A DNA stretch of 64,000 nt. Source: a virus (taxonomy: Duplodnaviria; Caudoviricetes). The number at the start of each line of letters is the position of its first letter. Positions within the stretch are counted from its first letter, which is position 1. The notes beneath the pieces were generated by a model. The model searched no databases. It was not told the DNA's origin and saw only the letters and a list, made by a program, of their open reading frames with translations. This document shows, in pieces, positions 60,499 through 64,000 of the stretch. A program made the translations under genes and the position numbers. The DNA lies in IMG/VR virus record IMGVR_UViG_2595698868_000001, positions 215,968-279,967 of that record; one strand, given 5' to 3'.

Positions 60499-61179
60499 TT
60501 GCCGCGACTTGGTAACGATAAGCATGAACTCTACGCACGTCACCGTGCTAAGGGTATGTCTCCGTCAAAGGCTGCACCGGCCGCTAACTTCTCTCCCAAC
60601 TCCTCCACGACGCATCTGGAGGAGAACCCGGAAATCCGCGCTCGGATTGACGAGCTACGGGCCGAGCATGAGGCCGTCAAGGAGCAGCAGAATATTGCCG
60701 CTCGTGAGGCCGCGAAGGTTGTGGGTCAACTCGCCGGCTACGGTCGCTCGTGGGTGATCCAGCAATTGGCCGAGGTCGCAGGGCTCGCCAAGAATGATCA
60801 GGCTTACAAGGAAGCGATCACCGCGCTCGAATTGATCGGTAAGGACTTCGGTATGTTCAAGGGCGCATCGGAAGAAGATCGCGGTGACGTTCCGAAGACG
60901 ACCGATCTCGACGCCCTGGCGAGCTTGGTCAACAGCGCCCACGAGGCGCTTCCGACGGTCGAGGACATCCATGCCATGCCGCCGCTCAATGATGAGGAAG
61001 CGGCCGAACTGATCGCCGGTCAGAAGCGCGCCGAGGCGGAGAAGCCGAAGGCTGCCAACAACACCATCACCGTGGCAGACGCCGCTGAGCCGTTCGACTA
61101 CGACGCCCTGCGTCGATCGCTGGAAGACGGCGATTTCGACGATGAAGAGGAAACGCCGGACGCCGGCGACGACGAATAA
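60499..61179 (+). CDS. terS: probable terminase small subunit
   Basis: KHELYARHRAKG..PEIRARIDEL..ALELIGKDFGMF; immediately upstream of terL. Confidence 0.7.
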   Translation: MPRLGNDKHELYARHRAKGMSPSKAAPAANFSPNSSTTHLEENPEIRARIDELRAEHEAVKEQQNIAAREAAKVVGQLAGYGRSWVIQQLAEVAGLAKNDQAYKEAITALELIGKDFGMFKGASEEDRGDVPKTTDLDALASLVNSAHEALPTVEDIHAMPPLNDEEAAELIAGQKRAEAEKPKAANNTITVADAAEPFDYDALRRSLEDGDFDDEEETPDAGDDE

Positions 61180-61184
61180 TCACC

Positions 61185-63905
61185 ATGACGTCCACCAACG
61201 TACCTGCCCCGTATCCGATGGAGCAGCGCAAGCGAACGCGCGCGGCCATCACCCAACTCAACGACCTCGCCCACAAGAGCCTGGAAGTCGCCCAGATGGG
61301 CCTCATCCTGCCGACCACGACCAAGCAGGCGATCATCAAGATCACCGGCACGTCCGATCCGAGCCAGCAGGTTGAAGCCCTGAACGATCTTTCCGAAAAG
61401 GTCCAGAAGCATCACCTGGAGCGGCTGCTGCCGTTGGCCAAGGACGAGTTCAACGCCTTCTGCGAATACGTCAACCCGGACGAGCCGCCGGAGTCGCCCT
61501 GGCATATGTGGCTCGTCGACAAGCTCCAGGAGATCGAGAACAACCCGCGCCTCAACCGCTTCATCCTGAATTGCCCGCCGGGCCACGCCAAGCCGCTGCA
61601 CGTGGACACGCTGGTCCGCATGGGCGACGGAAGCTGGAAGCGCCTGGGCGACATCAAGAAGGGCGATTTCGTCCTGTCGCATGTGGGCCTGTCGCGCGCC
61701 GTCACGGCCGTTCACGATCAGGGCGTGTTGCCCCTGCTGAAGATCACGACCCGGCGCGGTCGTGAAATCCTGTCGGCGCACGACCACTCGTTTCTGTCCA
61801 AGGGGAAGTGGAAGCAGGCCGTCGATCTGCGGCCGGGGGACCCGCTCGAAATCGTGGGCGCGGTGACGCCGCAAACGACCAAGGCTGCTGATCCTTACCC
61901 GGACCTGACCGAGGCGAACTACCGGCTCGCTGCCTGGGTCGTGGCGCGCATGTACCGCATCCACAAGAAGGACTTCCACGAATATTCCTTCTCGGTTAGC
62001 TTGGCGGGCCACCAGACCGCGCTCGAAAATCTGCTGACGCAGCACGCGATCCCATTCACCAATTATCCACGTGCGCAAGCTGGACGGTCCTACCACCGCC
62101 TCGGCACGAAGGCGATCAAGGCGTTTCTCGCGCGCTTCGACCTCGACGTGCCCACCGAAGAGCGCTGCATCCCGGAGAAGGTGTTCTCGGCGACCTACGC
62201 CAAGCGCAAGGTGTTCACCCAAGCTTATATCCAGGTTCGCGGAACCTTCAGCGGCAAGAAGACGCCGCTCGTGCGCTTCAACTACACGACCGAGAAGCAC
62301 GCCCGCGACTGGCAACGACTGCTCGCGTCGATGGGTGTGGATAGCTCCCTGACGATCCGTGAGCGCTCGTTCCGAGTCACGATTAGCGCACCGGGCCTGC
62401 GCGTCCTGGAGGAGCAGGAAATCTCCTTCCCCGGCGAAGAGCACGAAACCTATCTCAGCAAGCGCGCCGAGGCGATCAAGCCGCTATCGGACAGCGTCGC
62501 CTCGGTCGAGCCCGCCGGCGAAGGGCCGTGCAAGTGCCTCACCGTGAACCAGGATCACACCTTCCTCGCCGATGGCGTGGTCGTCCATAACTCGACCTAC
62601 GCCTCGCGCCTGTTCGTGGCGTGGCGTCTGGGCCGTAATCCGAAGCTGCGCATCATCGGCGGCGGCAACAGCCAGACGTTCGTCGAGAACGAGTTCTCGA
62701 AGAAGATTCGCAACCTCGTCACCACGCCGATGTACGGCAAGGTCTTCCCCTCTCTGGCGATCGACCCGAGCACGCGCGGCGCGCCGCAATGGGCCATCGC
62801 CGGCACGACTGGTCAGTACGCCGCCAAGGGCGTCGGCTCGCCCGTCCACGGTTTCCGCGCCAACTTCATCGTGGTCGACGACCCCTACGCTCGAATTGAA
62901 GAAGCTGAATCCGCGACCATCCGCGAGAAGGTCGCCACGTGGTTCATCGGGGACTTGGGCACGCGTCTCATGCCGGGCGGCAAGGTCTTCCTGGTCATGA
63001 CCCGGTTCCACGAGGACGATCTGACGTCCACGCTGATGAAGATGAACTCGCGCCTCAGCGAGCGCTCGCAGTGGCTCAAGGTGGAGGTGCCCGGCGTCTG
63101 CTACGAGGAAGAGGGCGACATCCTCGGCCGCAAGGTCGGCGATATGCTGTGGGACGTTTACGACCACACCTGGGCGAAGGAGAAGCAGGTCGAACTCGGC
63201 TTCCAGCGGTATTCCCTGGTCATCCAGCAGAACGACTCGGCCGCGTCCACCGAGAGCATCTCGGGCAACTTCAAGTATTACTCGATCCCGCCGCACCTCA
63301 CGAACGAGGCGCTGCGCAAGGCCCTGGCCGAGGGGCACGTCGACAAGCGTGGTCGTCCCAAGCCGAACCGCCGAGCATACTTCCGTCGCATCGTCCTCAG
63401 CGTCGACACCGCGTCCAAGCCCACCGAACGCGCTGACTACACGGTCATCCAGACCTGGGGCGAGACGTTCGACCGGCAGTATTACCTCCTGAACCAAAAG
63501 CGGGTGAAGGTCGACTTCAACGCGATGATCCAGGAGATCGAGACCCAGGCTCGCAAGGATGACGTCGACGCCATCCTGGTCGAAGACAAGGGCCAGGGTA
63601 CGGCCTACATCCAGAACCGAGGCAAGACCTCTTTCCAGAAGCGCCTCGCGCCGGCCCCGATCGTTCCGATCGACCCGAAGGGCCAGTCCAAGGAGTTCCG
63701 TTTCGACGAAGTGAGTCCCATGATCGTCGAGGGCTCTGTGTGGCTGCCGGAGGAAAAGGTCTGGATCAACGACTTCCTCAAGGAGGTCAGCCAGTTCCCC
63801 GAAGGCGCCCACGATGACCAAGTCGACGCCATGACCCAGGCCCTGCTCTACTTCAAGAAGTCGCGCGCTCGCGGCGGCATCCGCAAGATTGGTAGCTACG
63901 GTTAA
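61185..63905 (+). CDS. terL: terminase large subunit containing an intein
   Basis: Walker A PPGHAK|STYAS split by the intein, Walker B IVVDDP, MTRFHEDD, nuclease SVDTA..ADYT and FPEGAHDDQVDA. Confidence 0.95.
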   Translation: MTSTNVPAPYPMEQRKRTRAAITQLNDLAHKSLEVAQMGLILPTTTKQAIIKITGTSDPSQQVEALNDLSEKVQKHHLERLLPLAKDEFNAFCEYVNPDEPPESPWHMWLVDKLQEIENNPRLNRFILNCPPGHAKPLHVDTLVRMGDGSWKRLGDIKKGDFVLSHVGLSRAVTAVHDQGVLPLLKITTRRGREILSAHDHSFLSKGKWKQAVDLRPGDPLEIVGAVTPQTTKAADPYPDLTEANYRLAAWVVARMYRIHKKDFHEYSFSVSLAGHQTALENLLTQHAIPFTNYPRAQAGRSYHRLGTKAIKAFLARFDLDVPTEERCIPEKVFSATYAKRKVFTQAYIQVRGTFSGKKTPLVRFNYTTEKHARDWQRLLASMGVDSSLTIRERSFRVTISAPGLRVLEEQEISFPGEEHETYLSKRAEAIKPLSDSVASVEPAGEGPCKCLTVNQDHTFLADGVVVHNSTYASRLFVAWRLGRNPKLRIIGGGNSQTFVENEFSKKIRNLVTTPMYGKVFPSLAIDPSTRGAPQWAIAGTTGQYAAKGVGSPVHGFRANFIVVDDPYARIEEAESATIREKVATWFIGDLGTRLMPGGKVFLVMTRFHEDDLTSTLMKMNSRLSERSQWLKVEVPGVCYEEEGDILGRKVGDMLWDVYDHTWAKEKQVELGFQRYSLVIQQNDSAASTESISGNFKYYSIPPHLTNEALRKALAEGHVDKRGRPKPNRRAYFRRIVLSVDTASKPTERADYTVIQTWGETFDRQYYLLNQKRVKVDFNAMIQEIETQARKDDVDAILVEDKGQGTAYIQNRGKTSFQKRLAPAPIVPIDPKGQSKEFRFDEVSPMIVEGSVWLPEEKVWINDFLKEVSQFPEGAHDDQVDAMTQALLYFKKSRARGGIRKIGSYG
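61593..62591 (+). mobile_element. 333-aa intein, Pro-initiated and class-3-like, with a degenerate LAGLIDADG-like region
   Basis: PLHVDTLVRMGDG...SAHDHSF...CKCLTV..HTFLADGVVVHN|S. Confidence 0.9.
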
Positions 63906-63915
63906 CCCCACCAGC

Positions 63916-63950
63916 AAGGTGTCCTTAGCCCCTCTGGGGCGGGGACCCTT
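63916..63950 (+). terminator. hairpin after terL
   Basis: aagg..gtcc..gcccc-tct-ggggc..ggac cctt; weak U tract. Confidence 0.4.
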
Positions 63951-64000
63951 CGAAATTAGGGTAGAAATAGGCTAAAAAATAACTAAGAATTTCAGAGCCC

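Noticed and set aside
56471-63917. Long antisense ORFs (56471-57682, 61098-62444, 62484-63917; also 13323-14513 and 38213-39211)
   Set aside because: Shadow frames of real genes caused by GC-rich codon usage; no RBS or protein motifs
1-64000. Genome-wide TAG recoding
   Set aside because: Only one internal TAG was found, and several genes end in TAG immediately before the next gene's RBS or start

Overview
A 64-kb, GC-rich segment of a large dsDNA tailed phage. Its architecture resembles phiCbK-like Caulobacteraceae phages, but that host and lineage assignment is inference only. Positions 1-55,000 are dense operons of small, mostly hypothetical genes, with strand blocks + 1-28.1k, - 28.1-37.1k, + 37.3-43.0k and - 43.0-56.1k. 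They include tRNA/RNA-metabolism enzymes (Thg1-like, Pth2-like, HAD phosphatase), a NadE-like enzyme, an ATP-grasp protein, methyltransferases, 2OG-Fe(II)/cupin proteins and one normal tRNA-Arg(TCT). The right end holds an AT-rich repeat region, a RuvC-like resolvase, a probable small terminase and an intein-containing large terminase. Three signals stand out. (1) Two tandem tRNA-shaped genes (25494-25769, 25782-26030) have Pro-type acceptor ends, and their anticodon loops carry unrelated 200-nt and 172-nt structured insertions with an identical junction; they are not group I introns. (2) A four-copy, strand-specific, covarying triple-hairpin element with GNA loops and tandem G.A pairs looks like an ssDNA structure. 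(3) A 19-copy promoter/operator motif is often followed by a hairpin that would occlude the ribosome-binding site only on read-through transcripts.
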